64,000 nt of DNA. Source: Opitutia bacterium. GTDB taxonomy: Bacteria > Verrucomicrobiota > Verrucomicrobiia > Opitutales > T3Sed10-336. The DNA is taken from assembly GCA_050506795.1 (NCBI GenBank), contig JBJHCF010000009.1:1-64000 (forward strand), written 5' to 3'. Under the pieces are notes generated by a model. It was not told the DNA's origin. It saw only the letters and a program-made list of their open reading frames with translations, and did not search any database. Below, in pieces: positions 1 to 12,059 of the stretch; position 1 is the first letter of the stretch, and the number at the start of each line of letters is the position of its first letter. The translations under genes were made by a program, and so were the position numbers.

Positions 1-265
1 AGTGAGCACACGCACACCGCAAAAATCAGCCTGTTTCCACATCATCTTGCGAAAAACCTCCTGATCGAGCCCCTCCAGCAAGTGCTGTTTGCCCACGATC
101 CGGCTCATGCAATGATACACCGCACTCCTGTCCCCCTGAACCTTGATTCTTCGCGATGCCATGCCCCCACCATCCCCAACCCTCTCAGACTGTCAATAAT
201 AAATAGCCTGGCTTTTTATTTAATTAGATTTAGTCAGAGAGCACGTCACGGACTTTGCAAAACGA

Positions 266-1003
266 CTAGATCTCAATTCTCGCAGCTGCCGCCGAATCGA
301 GTAGCCAGGTCACTTTTTCTGAATAATGACTCAGTAACTGAGCTGGCCTGAGGTCAGGCTGGCTGATGCTGGAAAATATGCTTAGAAGTGGCACCGCCTT
401 TGACTCGCCCATCGCCATCACGACGATTATTCCGCAACGCGAAAAGCCGTGGGGAGTAACGGTGAGCCTTGAGCCTCGTCCCGGGACTTCGACCGACGCG
501 AAATTCTCTTTGACCTGACTTGCCAACAACGGGCTGTGCGGGAAAAGCGATGCGGTGTGGCAGTCATCTCCAATCCCAAGAAAGCAGACATCGAAACATT
601 CCGCGGGCCCTCGCTGCTTGTTCCACATATCGTTAAAAACATGTGCCGCTTCCGCGGGCGACATGTCGGTGGGCCATGGGTATTTATTTTCCTCCTTGAT
701 TTCGTAATGCCTTAGCAACAAACGGTCAAGATTCCCGAAGTTACTCTCATCGCTGGAGATTGGCACCATGCGTTCGTCACTGGTGTACCAGACGCCATGG
801 TCAACAAACTGCTTGGGAATCGCGTTATGCTCACGGCAAAAATCGAAGAACGCCTTCGGCGTGGATCCTCCGGCCATGGCCAGGCTGGGCTTCGGAACGG
901 TGCCGTGTCCACAATGGTCTTCCGCCAATTCCAGAGCCAGGCGGAAGAGTTCTTCTTCCTCGCCGACGACCACCGATCCATAAGGGGTTTTTCCTGTTTT
1001 CAT
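266..1003 (-). CDS. pgl: 6-phosphogluconolactonase
   Basis: AGGSTP, SDERMVP..SDESN and LGIGDDCHTASLFP motifs; start set at MKTGK (ATG 1003). Confidence 0.9.
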   Translation of the reverse strand: MKTGKTPYGSVVVGEEEELFRLALELAEDHCGHGTVPKPSLAMAGGSTPKAFFDFCREHNAIPKQFVDHGVWYTSDERMVPISSDESNFGNLDRLLLRHYEIKEENKYPWPTDMSPAEAAHVFNDMWNKQRGPAECFDVCFLGIGDDCHTASLFPHSPLLASQVKENFASVEVPGRGSRLTVTPHGFSRCGIIVVMAMGESKAVPLLSIFSSISQPDLRPAQLLSHYSEKVTWLLDSAAAARIEI

Positions 1004-1117
1004 ATTAGAGGCCTTTCTCATTCACAGATGGGCAAACTTTCGGTCGTGAGAGCCCGACCTGCTCAACAGCAGTCTCACGAAATCCCGCGCCAAGTCAAAC
1101 CGGTATCCGTCCCCGGA

Positions 1118-1849
1118 TTAAGCCCGTTTGGCTAAGTCGAGCAGGTCCTTCAAGCTCACCTTTTCATCGTAGAGGGCTTTTCCCACGATAACGCCATCCA
1201 GATTTGCAAATCGTCGGGCGATATCGGCAAAATGTTGGATATCCTCGCGCCGGGAAACGCCTCCGGAGGCAATAACGTTCGCGGGTACCGTTGCCAAGAG
1301 TTCCTCCTGGGCCGCGAAATTGGGTCCGGTCAGCGTTCCGTCAGTGGCTATATCAGTGTAGATCAGAGTCCCAACCCCCAAATCAACCATGCGTCGAGCG
1401 AGATCCAGCGCTCCGATCTCAGTGGTGTTTACCCACCCGTTCACTGCTACCTTTCCGTTTCGCGCGTCGATACCGACCGCGATTTGCTCTCCGAAATCTC
1501 TGACCAAATCCCTGACAAATCCGTCGCTTTCGCAGGCGCGGGTGCCGATCACCACCCGTGAAACCCCTATTTCAATCGCTTCTTGCACCGCATCCCGGGT
1601 GCGTATTCCTCCGCCCAACTCCACCTGCAATCCGGTGGACGCTATCCGCCTAATCGCATCCCGATTGGCCGGCACCCCTTCAAAGGCGCCATCCAGATCG
1701 ACCACGTGGACCCATTCAGCACCCGCCTGACACCACAAGTCGGCCGGTTCCGCCGGGTCTTCATAATACACCGTAACTTGATCCTTCTCTCCTCGGTGGA
1801 GGCGCACGCAACGCCCTCCCAGAATATCGATCGCCGGATAAATCTTCAT
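1118..1849 (-). CDS. hisA: ProFAR isomerase HisA
   Basis: MKIYPAIDILGGRCVRL, HVVDLDGA, GGGIR, YTDIATDG, ASGGV. Confidence 0.95.
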   Translation of the reverse strand: MKIYPAIDILGGRCVRLHRGEKDQVTVYYEDPAEPADLWCQAGAEWVHVVDLDGAFEGVPANRDAIRRIASTGLQVELGGGIRTRDAVQEAIEIGVSRVVIGTRACESDGFVRDLVRDFGEQIAVGIDARNGKVAVNGWVNTTEIGALDLARRMVDLGVGTLIYTDIATDGTLTGPNFAAQEELLATVPANVIASGGVSRREDIQHFADIARRFANLDGVIVGKALYDEKVSLKDLLDLAKRA

Positions 1850-2096
1850 TGGAAACACAACACCCTAGCTCCAGTACGACTCTCAAGGCAATTCCCCATT
1901 CACCCGTTCTTTTCACCTGAATAAACATTCGGTCGGGACCATCGATTTGATTCATGGTCACGCATTGTTGCTTGACCCGGATTCATGTCGTCCGTAACAA
2001 GCACCTTCAACCTGTCCAGGCCGGCGGCAAAAACCCTTTGCACCTCCAGGCCCGGGAAACAAAACAAGAACAATAAGCCAACAAACCTACAGCCAT

Positions 2097-2681
2097 ATGA
2101 AAAAACTCATCGCCTCACTAACGGTCGCGACCCTCATGACTTCGGTATTTGCCATCGCCCAGACCGATCCCCCGGCCGGCATCAATTACAACTATATTGA
2201 AGGCAATATCGCCTTCTATCCGGATGCCGATGGCCAGGATTTCGTCGGCCCCCGCGTCCGCGGCTCGTTCCTGGTGGCCCCTCAAGTCTTCGTTTTCGGA
2301 CAGTTTCGCTACCTTACCGACGACATCGATTATACCCAGGCCCATTTGGGCGCCGCCTACCGTCATGCGGTGGCAAACGACACTGACATCTACGGCGGCC
2401 TGAGTGTCGAGTATGCCGAATTTGATTTCCCAGGCCCGTTCGGCAGTGTCGATGAGGTCGGTTTCGGAGTCCGCGCAGGCCTGCGCCATAGACTGAATCA
2501 GGATTTCGAGCTGGCGGGTGAGATTCGCTACGTCAATTTCGGTGGTGATATCGACGACGATTACGTCGGTTTTACCGGCACTCTTCAGTATTTCATCCAG
2601 GAGAATCTCGGTTTGATCGGCGAAATCGACGTTGAAGACGGCGAAATCGGGTTCCTCGCCGGGGCGCGCTTCAATTTCTGA
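2097..2681 (+). CDS. Small outer-membrane beta-barrel protein
   Basis: Signal peptide, alternating beta-strand pattern, C-terminal ARFNF (terminal Phe). Confidence 0.8.
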   Translation: MKKLIASLTVATLMTSVFAIAQTDPPAGINYNYIEGNIAFYPDADGQDFVGPRVRGSFLVAPQVFVFGQFRYLTDDIDYTQAHLGAAYRHAVANDTDIYGGLSVEYAEFDFPGPFGSVDEVGFGVRAGLRHRLNQDFELAGEIRYVNFGGDIDDDYVGFTGTLQYFIQENLGLIGEIDVEDGEIGFLAGARFNF

Positions 2682-2706
2682 TTCCGGCGTCAGCGCACGA
2701 AACTTC

Positions 2707-2739
2707 AAAGGGTGCTTTCCGCGGGGAAAGCACCCTTTT
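2707..2739. terminator. Bidirectional intrinsic terminator
   Basis: AAAGGGTGCTTTCC-GCGG-GGAAAGCACCCTTT perfect hairpin between convergent genes. Confidence 0.85.
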
Positions 2740-2766
2740 CTGCTAAGGCCCGCCCCACTCTATTCT

Positions 2767-4251
2767 TCACCCGGCAATTGCCTTTTCGGCCGCAATTGTA
2801 CCACTCAGAAGCACAAGCGGAATTCCTCCCCCCGGGTGGGCACTGCCGCCGGCGAAATAAAGTCCGCGCGCCCGCCCGGCGTTGGGCACGCGTCTAAACG
2901 CCGCCGAGAGCCGATTCGAGCTCGCTCCATACAGCGCTCCTTTCCATGCGTTGAAGGTCTGCTGAAAATCATGCGGGCCTCGCGTCCAGCGCCAAAGCAC
3001 ATCCGAAGGCTCCAACCGAAGCGGCCCGTCGCGCAAAAGTCTTACAATTTCCTCATCATAGCCATGCCAGACATTCCCCTCGCCATCCCCGCTGGGTGCG
3101 TTTACGAGCACAAACCAACCTTCTTTGTCGGCCGGAGCCATGGCAGCTTCACATTTGGCGGGCGCCGAGACATAAACGGTCGGCTCGGCGAGGGGTTTTT
3201 TGCGGCGAAACAATTCCTCAAATTCCCGCCGATAATCCCGACAGAAAAGGATATTGTGGGGCGCCAACTCCAAATAACGTCGATTCAAAGCAAGGCAAAG
3301 GACGTAGCCGCTGCTTGATGGCTCCTCGCTTTGCCGCGAATTTCGCCACACCCGGGCCCGGGGATGTCCGGCCAGCAGTTCGCCCGTCACAGCCGACATC
3401 GCATCGGCATTGACGATCACGCTCGCGGCCTCGCGTACCGAGCCGTCTTCCAGCTCCACGCCATCAACCCGATCTCCGTTCGATGAAAAGCGCACCCTTC
3501 GCACGGGAGTGTCGGTTTCGATACACACCCCGAGATCCCGGGCCGCTCGGGATAGAGCTTCGGCCAGTGCGTACATGCCGCCGCGGCAACGCCAGGAACC
3601 AAAAGCGATTTCCACATAAGGAATCACGTTAAAGGCGCTCGGCGTTCGATACGGATCCGAGCCGTTGTACGTCGCGAAACGATCAAAAAGCTGTACCAGC
3701 CGGGGATCCTTGAAGTGCGCACTTACCACCCGGTGCATGCTCCCCGGTCGCATCAATGCGAGCATACCGGAAACGTGGCACGGGCGAAAACGCCTCAAAG
3801 CCTGCCAATCCAACGGATTCCTCAAGAAAAAGGGTTCGCTGATCTCCCACAACCGTTTGCCGTATGCAAGAAACCGTTCGGCCGATTTCCCTTCCCCCGG
3901 AGCGAAATTCTCAACCGCATCACAAAACGCCTCCACCCCGCCAGGAGAATCGAAGCGCGACCCGTCCGGAAAGAAGTACCGGCATCCGGGCTCCACTCGC
4001 TCAATCTCGAGGTAGTCTTCACGGGAGAGACCTACGTCAGCGAAAAGGCGCTCCAACACAATCGGCAGGGTCAGAACCGAAGGTCCCACGTCGAATCGAA
4101 ATTCCTCCCAGCTCACTTGATCGCACTTGCCGCCGACCCGGGAATTTTTCTCCAGCACGACAACCTCCCTGCCGTCATGGGCCAACCGCATGGAAGCGGC
4201 CAACCCTCCGAGGCCTCCTCCAATGACAATCACCGTATGCTTATTCGACAT
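2767..4251 (-). CDS. Phytoene desaturase (CrtI/CrtN/CrtD family) FAD oxidoreductase
   Basis: IGGGLGGL Rossmann motif, FDVGPS, RFATYNGSDP, GGSAHPGGGIP. Confidence 0.85.
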   Translation of the reverse strand: MSNKHTVIVIGGGLGGLAASMRLAHDGREVVVLEKNSRVGGKCDQVSWEEFRFDVGPSVLTLPIVLERLFADVGLSREDYLEIERVEPGCRYFFPDGSRFDSPGGVEAFCDAVENFAPGEGKSAERFLAYGKRLWEISEPFFLRNPLDWQALRRFRPCHVSGMLALMRPGSMHRVVSAHFKDPRLVQLFDRFATYNGSDPYRTPSAFNVIPYVEIAFGSWRCRGGMYALAEALSRAARDLGVCIETDTPVRRVRFSSNGDRVDGVELEDGSVREAASVIVNADAMSAVTGELLAGHPRARVWRNSRQSEEPSSSGYVLCLALNRRYLELAPHNILFCRDYRREFEELFRRKKPLAEPTVYVSAPAKCEAAMAPADKEGWFVLVNAPSGDGEGNVWHGYDEEIVRLLRDGPLRLEPSDVLWRWTRGPHDFQQTFNAWKGALYGASSNRLSAAFRRVPNAGRARGLYFAGGSAHPGGGIPLVLLSGTIAAEKAIAG

Positions 4252-5116
4252 TCTGCAGTTGCTCGCGAATTCGCTCCAATTCGTTCTTGCAATCGATTAC
4301 CCGTCGCGAAACGCGAATATCCGAAGCCTTGCTTCCGATGGTGTTAATCTCCCGGTTAATTTCCTGCAGGAGGAAATCCGTTTTTCGCCCCACCGCGTCA
4401 TTGGTCTCGCGCAACAGAATCTCCAACTGATCCAAGTGGCTCATTAGCCGGGTCACTTCCTCGGCGATATCACATCGGTCGGCAAACAACGCCACTTCCT
4501 TCAATACCCGATCGTCGTCCAGATCCAGTTCCAGATCGGCTTGTCGCAGACGCCTGAGGAGCAACTCCCGGTAGGCCGGAACCGTTTCCTCCGCCAGCCC
4601 GTTAATCTCCCTCACCCACTCCCGGATCAGCGCGGCCCGTTCCTGCATATCGGCCGCGAGGATGGCTCCCTCTTTGCGACGCATTTCGGACCACGCTTGC
4701 AGGGCCTTGTCCAGGGCCGCGTCCAGGCGCTCGCGAAAGGTCTCCGCCTCAGGCAGCCTCCCGGAATCACTGCAGTCCCGCACGATCCGATACAACAAGT
4801 CCGCATCCGGCGCAAAAGTAACGTCATGGCGTTCAGCCAGGTCCCGCAAGCGGTCCAGCACATTGCTCACCATCGAATCGTCCCAGACGATCTTCCCGGT
4901 TTCGTCCAGCCGGCCCATTTGAATCGAAAGGTAAACCTTCCCCCGCCGGCAATAACCACGCACCTGTTCCGCCACCCCGATTTCGAGGTCCTTCCATTCC
5001 CGCGGCAGCGAAACCGAAACATCGAGATTCCGCTTGTTGACCGACGAGACCTCCACCGACAACTCGTAAGAATCAAAGGCCGCCGCGGCACGCCCGTATC
5101 CGGTCATGCTTATCAT
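4241..5116 (-). CDS. yicC: YicC/YloC family endoribonuclease
   Basis: MISMTGYGR N-terminus; DIAEEVTRL, QEINREINTIGSK, ERIREQLQNVE. Confidence 0.92.
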   Translation of the reverse strand: MISMTGYGRAAAAFDSYELSVEVSSVNKRNLDVSVSLPREWKDLEIGVAEQVRGYCRRGKVYLSIQMGRLDETGKIVWDDSMVSNVLDRLRDLAERHDVTFAPDADLLYRIVRDCSDSGRLPEAETFRERLDAALDKALQAWSEMRRKEGAILAADMQERAALIREWVREINGLAEETVPAYRELLLRRLRQADLELDLDDDRVLKEVALFADRCDIAEEVTRLMSHLDQLEILLRETNDAVGRKTDFLLQEINREINTIGSKASDIRVSRRVIDCKNELERIREQLQNVE

Positions 5117-5120
5117 GGCG

Positions 5121-6347
5121 TCACTCGCGGCCCCCGGCCTTGATAAACCGGGATGCCTCTTGCACATCCTTGTCTCCGCGTCCGCTAAGATTCACGACCA
5201 GCAAGGAATCGGAGCTCATTTCCGGCGCGCGTTTCATAACGTATGCCAAGGCGTGGGAGGACTCCAGGGCCGGGATGATTCCCTCCAAACAGGCGCAGGC
5301 CCGAAACGCTTCGAGCGCTTCGGAGTCTGTGGAATAGGCGAAATGGATACGCTCCTGGTCGCGATAATAGGCGTGTTCAGGCCCGATGGCCGCGTAATCG
5401 AGTCCGGCGGAAACGGAATGGGTGAGTTCGATCTGGCCTTCGGGATTCTGCAGGATGAAGGTCTTGCATCCCTGCAAAACCCCGAGCTTCCCTCCTTCAA
5501 ACCGGGCCGCGTGTTCACCGGGCGTGATGCCGCGTCCTCCCGCCTCCACCCCAACCAGGCGAATCTCCGGATCGTCCAGGAAATCGAAGAAAAATCCTAT
5601 GGCATTGCTGCCTCCTCCCACACAAGCCGCCAGTTCATCGGGCAACCGCCCTTCGGCCTCCAGAATCTGCCGCCGGGTTTCCTCCCCGATCACTTTGTGG
5701 AAATTGCGAACCATCATCGGATAGGGATGCGCTCCAAGAGCGGATCCGAGTACGTAATGGGTGGACCGGACATTGGTGACCCAGTCACGCATCGCCTCGT
5801 TGATGGCCTCCTTCAACGTCCGTTGGCCGGCGTCGACTCCGCGAACCTCCGCCCCGCAAAGGCGCATCCGGTAGACGTTGAGCGCTTGCCGTTCCATATC
5901 CACGGCACCCATATAAATCACACACTCCAACCCGAGGTTCGCGCAGACCGACGCCGTGGCGATACCGTGCTGGCCTGCTCCAGTCTCTGCTATGACCCTC
6001 GTCTTGCCCATTCTTTTGGCCAGCAGCGCCTGGCCGAGGGCGTTGTTGATCTTGTGCGCCCCGGTGTGCAGAAGATCTTCCCGTTTCAGATAGATCCGGG
6101 CGCCGCCGAGATGCCTGGTCAGGCGCTCGGCAAAATAAAGCTCGGTTGGCCGGCCCGCGTAGGTACGAAGACGTGCGTCCAGGTCCGCGCGGAAAGCGGG
6201 GTCGTTCCAGGCTTCCTCATAAGCCGCTCCGAGTTCCTGAAGCGGGGTCACCAGCGTTTCGGGCACGAACATGCCCCCATAAAGCCCGAAATGTCCGGTT
6301 TTGTCGGGAAGCGCGTAGCGCCCCGCTGCCGTTTGCACCGTAGTCAT
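5121..6347 (-). CDS. trpB: Tryptophan synthase beta chain
   Basis: [18 protein letters not shown] motif, [19 protein letters not shown]. Confidence 0.97.
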   Translation of the reverse strand: MTTVQTAAGRYALPDKTGHFGLYGGMFVPETLVTPLQELGAAYEEAWNDPAFRADLDARLRTYAGRPTELYFAERLTRHLGGARIYLKREDLLHTGAHKINNALGQALLAKRMGKTRVIAETGAGQHGIATASVCANLGLECVIYMGAVDMERQALNVYRMRLCGAEVRGVDAGQRTLKEAINEAMRDWVTNVRSTHYVLGSALGAHPYPMMVRNFHKVIGEETRRQILEAEGRLPDELAACVGGGSNAIGFFFDFLDDPEIRLVGVEAGGRGITPGEHAARFEGGKLGVLQGCKTFILQNPEGQIELTHSVSAGLDYAAIGPEHAYYRDQERIHFAYSTDSEALEAFRACACLEGIIPALESSHALAYVMKRAPEMSSDSLLVVNLSGRGDKDVQEASRFIKAGGRE

Positions 6348-6411
6348 ATCCGGCCAAGTTACCGACGGGCTACCGGAGAGTAAAGTGTTATCAAAACCCC
6401 TGAGGGGATGT

Positions 6412-7857
6412 TCAGGTCCTCCTTATTGCGACCAGCGTGATATCGTCCGCGTAGGAAGAAAGGTTGCCGGCAAAACGATCGACGGTTTCGATGATGCCAA
6501 GATTGAGCTCCTGCGCCGGACGATTACGCAGAGTCTTGACCACATCCGCCAGCCTGCCGGTCGAAAACTCCAGCCCCTCTTCGTTACAAGCCTCTGTTAC
6601 TCCGTCGGTATAGAGCAGAAAGATATCCCCGGTTTCAAATGGGATTCGTTTCTCCTCGATCACGCTGTCAAACAGGTCGTCCGACACCATTCCGACCGCC
6701 ATCCCTTCCGAAGCCAGCATTTCGGTGACAAAGATTCCGGCCTTTGAGTCGTGCCGCCCGTGGAGAGGACGTTCATGTCCACAGCGGCAGAACGTAATAT
6801 GCCCGGCCTGCACGTCGATCACAGCGTAAACGAGCGTTATAAACATATCCCCGCGCATGTCCGGCGCCATGGAGCGGTTGAGTTCGCACAAAACGCGTGA
6901 AGGCGACGCATGAAGGCGCGAGTAATGGCGCAAATTGGTACGGCAAATCGTCATCAACAACGACGCTGGAATCCCTTTTCCCGAGACATCGGCCACCGCC
7001 ACCCCCAGTCGTCCATCATCAAGCGGAAAGAAGTCGTAAAGGTCGCCGCCCACTTTCTGGGCGGGCACATAAAACGCGTCGATATCGAGAGATTCGATCT
7101 GCGGGAACGTGGTGGGTAGCAGCATTTGCTGAATGTTGCTCGCAAGGGTGAGGTCGACGTCCAGCTTGCGCTTCTCAAGTTGGAGGTTGAGAAGAAAAGA
7201 ATTGTGAATGGCCAGGCCCGCCTGTTCGGCCAGGGTCTGGATCAAAGAAACATCGGTCTGGTTGAAACTGAATCCATCCGAAGGATTCGCAACCGCAAGC
7301 ACACCGATCAGCTGTTTGCGGAAGAGAATGGGGGCGGCGATCATCGATTTGACCACCAGCGAAGAATCGTCGTGTGTGACAATGCGCTCATCGTTCTCTC
7401 CGTCCTCCACCAAAATCACCTCTCTGGACTGGGCAGCGGAGCCAATGACCCCTTCCCCGATTTGCAGGACCTCCGATTTCAGCACCTGTTCGATGAACTT
7501 CGCCCGGGTGGTCAGCTTGACCCGGGAACTCTCCGGAACCGGGCGCTGGGGCGGAAACAATCCCTCAACCGCAACCCCCTTGAGCTTCCCTTCCGGAGTG
7601 AGCTCGAAAACACAGGCACTGAGCGCACCACTACTGAGAATCGCGGCGTGAACAATGCGCTGGTAAAGCTCATTCTTATCCAGCCCCTCTCCCAACGCCT
7701 CGACCATGTCGTGCATGAAATCGAGCACCATCTGTTTCTCCTGGCGGAGCCGTTGATTTTCCTCGTCCAATCGCACCATAGCCCGACGGGACTTCAGGCT
7801 GAGAATGCCGAGCGCGACCGCAAAAACCACCGCAATCGTAAGTATGACGTCTAGCAT
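6412..7857 (-). CDS. GAF-domain PP2C (SpoIIE/RsbU) serine phosphatase with N-terminal TM
   Basis: [29 protein letters not shown] segment. Confidence 0.9.
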   Translation of the reverse strand: MLDVILTIAVVFAVALGILSLKSRRAMVRLDEENQRLRQEKQMVLDFMHDMVEALGEGLDKNELYQRIVHAAILSSGALSACVFELTPEGKLKGVAVEGLFPPQRPVPESSRVKLTTRAKFIEQVLKSEVLQIGEGVIGSAAQSREVILVEDGENDERIVTHDDSSLVVKSMIAAPILFRKQLIGVLAVANPSDGFSFNQTDVSLIQTLAEQAGLAIHNSFLLNLQLEKRKLDVDLTLASNIQQMLLPTTFPQIESLDIDAFYVPAQKVGGDLYDFFPLDDGRLGVAVADVSGKGIPASLLMTICRTNLRHYSRLHASPSRVLCELNRSMAPDMRGDMFITLVYAVIDVQAGHITFCRCGHERPLHGRHDSKAGIFVTEMLASEGMAVGMVSDDLFDSVIEEKRIPFETGDIFLLYTDGVTEACNEEGLEFSTGRLADVVKTLRNRPAQELNLGIIETVDRFAGNLSSYADDITLVAIRRT

Positions 7858-7895
7858 TTGACCGTGCCGCTACCCTACTGATCCCATTCCCCGCC

Positions 7896-8405
7896 CTATT
7901 TTGACTCAACCTGATTCTTGAGGTAAGCAATGACGTCCTGAAACTTGCTGCGGTTTTCCTCGTCAGCCTTCACCAGATTCTCATGCGCCTCAAGGACCAT
8001 TCGAGCCTTGTCGGATTGAGACTCGTCCTCCTTGCCCGCGGGTAACGCCGCAGTGCCGCCACTAACGACCCGATCCCCCGCGTCCACCTCCATGATCCGA
8101 TGCAAACCCAGATTGCGGATAAGCTCTAAATTTCGTTCGCCCAGGCGACAGAGAAGCACCCGTCCCGGAGGCTGTTTTCTGCGGAGTTCAAGGGCCACGC
8201 CCGCCAGGATTCCAAGGAAGGTACTGTCCATTCCCGAACAATTGCGGAAATCGATCACAAAACGCTGACAGCCGGAGGAGATCACCTGATCAAAAAAATC
8301 TCGCAATGGCCCGCTGTTGGCGAAATTAACACGCCCATTGACCTTGACGATGGCGGGATCGGAATAGGCGTCGACCAGAAAGGCCGGTTTTTCCTTATCA
8401 GACAT
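7896..8405 (-). CDS. STAS-domain anti-sigma-factor antagonist
   Basis: IDFRNCSGMDSTFLG STAS phospho-Ser motif; adjacent to RsbU-like gene. Confidence 0.85.
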   Translation of the reverse strand: MSDKEKPAFLVDAYSDPAIVKVNGRVNFANSGPLRDFFDQVISSGCQRFVIDFRNCSGMDSTFLGILAGVALELRRKQPPGRVLLCRLGERNLELIRNLGLHRIMEVDAGDRVVSGGTAALPAGKEDESQSDKARMVLEAHENLVKADEENRSKFQDVIAYLKNQVESK

Positions 8406-8430
8406 AGTACGCCATCAATGCCAAACAGTT

Positions 8431-11298
8431 TCAGGATTTTAGAATTTCGCGCAGGACATAGGGAAGTATGCCCCCGTGACGATAATACTCGAATTCTATC
8501 GCCGTGTCGATGCGGGCGATCAGTTCCAAGCGATCAACGGCACCGTCGGCCCGCTCAATCACCAGGGTGACGGTCTGCCCCGGCTTCATATCATCGGAAA
8601 TCCCCTCGGTGGAGAAGGTTTCGGACCCGTCCAATTCGAGGGTTTCCGCGCTGACTCCTTCGGGGAACTGCAGCGGCATGACTCCCATTCCGATCAGATT
8701 GCTGCGATGAATGCGCTCGAAACTGGTCGCCACCACCGCGCGAACGCCCAAGAGGCGCGTCCCTTTGGCCGCCCAGTCCCGGGAACTGCCCATGCCGTAG
8801 TCGCTGCCCGCGAAGACGATCAGGGGAATCTCCCGCTCGGCGTAACGACAGGCCGCATCATAAATCGTCGCCGGTTCCGCCTCCGGCATCACCTTGGTGA
8901 AACCGCCCTCCTTGCCGTCGGCCATCTTGTTCTTGATACGCACGTTGGCAAAAGTTCCGCGGGTCATGATGCGGTCGTTTCCGCGCCGCGCCCCATAGGA
9001 GTTGAACTGAGCCGGCTCCACATCTTTGGACAGAAGGTATTTCCCCGCCGGGGTTTCCTTTCCAAACGCTCCGGCGGGAGAAATATGATCGGTGGTCACC
9101 GAATCCCCCAGGATGGCAAGCGGCCGCATACCCTTAACATCCTCCGCCTTTCCGGCGTTCATGGAAAAATCCTCGAAGTAGGGAGGCTGTTGGATGTACG
9201 TGCTGTCCTCGTTCCACTGGTACAATTGCCCCCCGGCAACATCAATTTCCGCCCACTCCGGATTCTCATCGAGCACGTTCTCGTATTTGCTCGTGAACAT
9301 CTCTGGGTCGAGACCGCCGGTGATTGCTTCCTGGATTTCCTTCCCGGACGGCCAGATATCCTTGAGGAAAACCGGCTTTCCGTCGGAGTCGGTGCCAAGG
9401 GGGTCGTTGTCCAAATCAATATCCACTCTCCCGGCCAGAGCGAACGCCACGACCAGGGGCGGCGACATCAGGAAGTTGGCACGTATTGCCCCATGAATGC
9501 GGGCTTCGAAATTCCGATTGCCGGACAGGACGCTGGCGGCCACCAGGTCCCCCTCTTTAACGGCGCCTTCGATCGCGGACATGAGCGGACCGCTGTTGCC
9601 GATACAGGTGGTGCAACCGTATCCGACCAGGTTGAAGCCGAGTTGATCGAGGTAGGTGTCGAGTCCGGTCTTCCGCAGATAATCGGTCACCACCCGCGAA
9701 CCCGGAGCCAAACTGGTTTTGACGGCCGGAGAAACGGTCAGGCCCTTTTCCACCGCCTTTTTCGCCAGCAATCCGGCCGCCAGCATGACACTCGGATTAC
9801 TGGTATTCGTGCAGCTGGTGATGGCCGCGATAAGAACCGAGCCGTGGCGCAGCCGGATGTTTCCTCCGTCGGACGGACCGGTGGCCTCAAAATCAGACGT
9901 TTCAATATCGGTAGGCCGGTTGTTCACCATCTCCAACTCGCCCCAGGTCTCCGCGACCGTGCCGTCCGGACGAGGTTCCTGGCTGCCGGATCCGACATCC
10001 CCGGCGTGCACGGTGACATCGTTTAGCGCCACCTCGACCTCCGCGTCGCGGTCGGCGGCGGATTTCCCAAAACCACCCGCGGAAGGGCCGCTGGTGAAAA
10101 GCTCGTCGAAACGGGACTTCAGCTCTCTCACCGGCATGCGATCCTGGGGTCGCTTGGGTCCCGCAATCGAAGGCTCGATCTCAGCAAGGTTCAACTCGAG
10201 CACTTTAGTGTAATCGATCTCGCCCTTCTCCGGCATACCGAACATGCCCTGAGCGAGATAGTACTCACGGACCGAATCAATCAACGCCTCGGGGCGGCCG
10301 GTGGCGCGCAGGTATTTGAGACTTTCTTCATCCACCGGGAAGAACCCGACGGTGGCGCCGTATTCCGGGGCCATATTGGCCACCGTCGCCCGGTCGGCAA
10401 CGGTCAGGCGCGCGGCGCCGTCGCCGAAAAACTCAACGAACTTCCCCACCACATTTTCCCGGCGCAACATCTCGGTGACCCGCAGCGCAAAATCCGTGGC
10501 AGTGGCGCCCTCGCTCAAGGCGCCGGTGAGATGCACTCCGATCACTTCGGGAGTCTGGAAATAAACCGGCTGACCCAACATGCCCGACTCGGCCTCAATG
10601 CCGCCCACACCCCAGCCCACAATACCGAGGCCGTTGATCATGGTCGTATGGGAATCGGTGCCCACCAGCGAATCCGGATAGAACAACCGCCCGCCATCGA
10701 ACTCACGCTCAAAAACCATTTTCGCCAGGTACTCCAGGTTAACCTGATGCACGATCCCCACCGACGGTGGAACCACGCTGAAGGTCTTAAACGCCTGCTG
10801 TCCCCATTTGAGAAAACGGTAGCGTTCTATGTTGCGTTCAAATTCGATTTTGACATTCAAGCCGAGCGCGTCCGCGGTCCGAAACCGGTCCACCTGAATC
10901 GAGTGATCCACCACCAGGTCAACCGGAACCAGAGGTTCGATCATATCCGGATCCTTGCCCACCGCGGCAACCGCGGAGCGCATCGCGGCCAAATCAACCA
11001 GCAGCGGAACTCCGGTAAAATCCTGCAACACGATACGCGAGACCACGAAAGGAATTTCCCGCTTGCTAGGGGAGGCCGCCTCCCAGCCTGCCAACTGGGC
11101 GACATCCTCCTCGGCGATCCGTTTCCCGTCGCAATTCCGCAACACCGACTCCAACAGCACCCGGATCGAAACCGGCAACCGGGAAATCTTTCCCAGGCCG
11201 GCTTCCTCCAGCGCCGGCAGCGAGTAATAATAACGCCGGTCACCGGCTTCGGAACCGAGGGTTCGCAATGCGTCAAAAGAATTGTTCCGGGAACTCAT
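8431..11298 (-). CDS. acnA: Aconitate hydratase A
   Basis: [55 protein letters not shown]. Confidence 0.97.
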   Translation of the reverse strand: MSSRNNSFDALRTLGSEAGDRRYYYSLPALEEAGLGKISRLPVSIRVLLESVLRNCDGKRIAEEDVAQLAGWEAASPSKREIPFVVSRIVLQDFTGVPLLVDLAAMRSAVAAVGKDPDMIEPLVPVDLVVDHSIQVDRFRTADALGLNVKIEFERNIERYRFLKWGQQAFKTFSVVPPSVGIVHQVNLEYLAKMVFEREFDGGRLFYPDSLVGTDSHTTMINGLGIVGWGVGGIEAESGMLGQPVYFQTPEVIGVHLTGALSEGATATDFALRVTEMLRRENVVGKFVEFFGDGAARLTVADRATVANMAPEYGATVGFFPVDEESLKYLRATGRPEALIDSVREYYLAQGMFGMPEKGEIDYTKVLELNLAEIEPSIAGPKRPQDRMPVRELKSRFDELFTSGPSAGGFGKSAADRDAEVEVALNDVTVHAGDVGSGSQEPRPDGTVAETWGELEMVNNRPTDIETSDFEATGPSDGGNIRLRHGSVLIAAITSCTNTSNPSVMLAAGLLAKKAVEKGLTVSPAVKTSLAPGSRVVTDYLRKTGLDTYLDQLGFNLVGYGCTTCIGNSGPLMSAIEGAVKEGDLVAASVLSGNRNFEARIHGAIRANFLMSPPLVVAFALAGRVDIDLDNDPLGTDSDGKPVFLKDIWPSGKEIQEAITGGLDPEMFTSKYENVLDENPEWAEIDVAGGQLYQWNEDSTYIQQPPYFEDFSMNAGKAEDVKGMRPLAILGDSVTTDHISPAGAFGKETPAGKYLLSKDVEPAQFNSYGARRGNDRIMTRGTFANVRIKNKMADGKEGGFTKVMPEAEPATIYDAACRYAEREIPLIVFAGSDYGMGSSRDWAAKGTRLLGVRAVVATSFERIHRSNLIGMGVMPLQFPEGVSAETLELDGSETFSTEGISDDMKPGQTVTLVIERADGAVDRLELIARIDTAIEFEYYRHGGILPYVLREILKS

Positions 11299-11357
11299 AA
11301 TAAGGTGTCGCTAATTCTAAATGATAGGTCCGCTGAGCGCGGAATCGCCAAACGGGA

Positions 11358-11834
11358 TCAGGCTTCCTCCAGCGCCTTCTTGACCTCGTCGAAATCGGGG
11401 AACTGTAACGGGTCGTCACTTGTGAACGAGTAGGCAATCCGGCCTTTTTCATCGATGACAAAAGCCGAACGTTTGGCCACGTGTTTGAACCCGAGAACGT
11501 CCTCGAAGAGCACGTCGTAAGCGCGGCAGGCCTTGCGGTTGAAATCACTCAGCAAAGGGAACTTAATGCCGTTCTTCTGCGCGAATTGCTCCAGAGTGAA
11601 CGGCGTGTCGACGCTGATGCCGTAAACCGCCGCATCGAGTTTTTCATATGCCGCCATCGATTCGCTTACCGCGCACATCTCCTTGGTGCAGGGATCGCTG
11701 AAGGCGAAAGGGAAAAAAAGCAGGACCGTCTTTCGCTTCCCGAAGTTTTCGCTGAGGTGGACGTCTTTAAGACCATCCGCGGTTTTCGTCTTCAAAGTGA
11801 CGTCCGGTGCCGAGATTCCTTTGTCCAATGCCAT
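11358..11834 (-). CDS. Peroxiredoxin (AhpC/TSA, AhpE/BCP-like)
   Basis: FFPFAFSDPCTKEMC, GISVD, LLSDFN, KRSAFVID. Confidence 0.85.
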   Translation of the reverse strand: MALDKGISAPDVTLKTKTADGLKDVHLSENFGKRKTVLLFFPFAFSDPCTKEMCAVSESMAAYEKLDAAVYGISVDTPFTLEQFAQKNGIKFPLLSDFNRKACRAYDVLFEDVLGFKHVAKRSAFVIDEKGRIAYSFTSDDPLQFPDFDEVKKALEEA

Positions 11835-12059
11835 AACAAATACCTTTAGTTGTGTTTTCAGTCGAATTGCTTCCCCCCCCGATCAGGCCGCTTCCAGCGC
11901 AACCGGAGTCAGGTCGCGGCACGACGACCAGCGGGTCGAAGGCCTGGAGGAAAGATTTCCCTTTCCACACTCTTCAAAAGCATGCACAAAAAACACCTGC
12001 CAAGGCAAGAGGCAATTGACGATTTGTCTCTGTTGCCTGTCAACACGTTAGCCGTAATC

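Noticed and set aside
82..351. 89-aa plus-strand ORF
   Set aside because: Low-GC intergenic-like composition, overlaps the pgl 3' end, and has no motif.
9860..10060. Insertion in AcnA as a possible intein or mobile insert
   Set aside because: It is a short acidic loop in a known variable region and has no intein terminal motifs.
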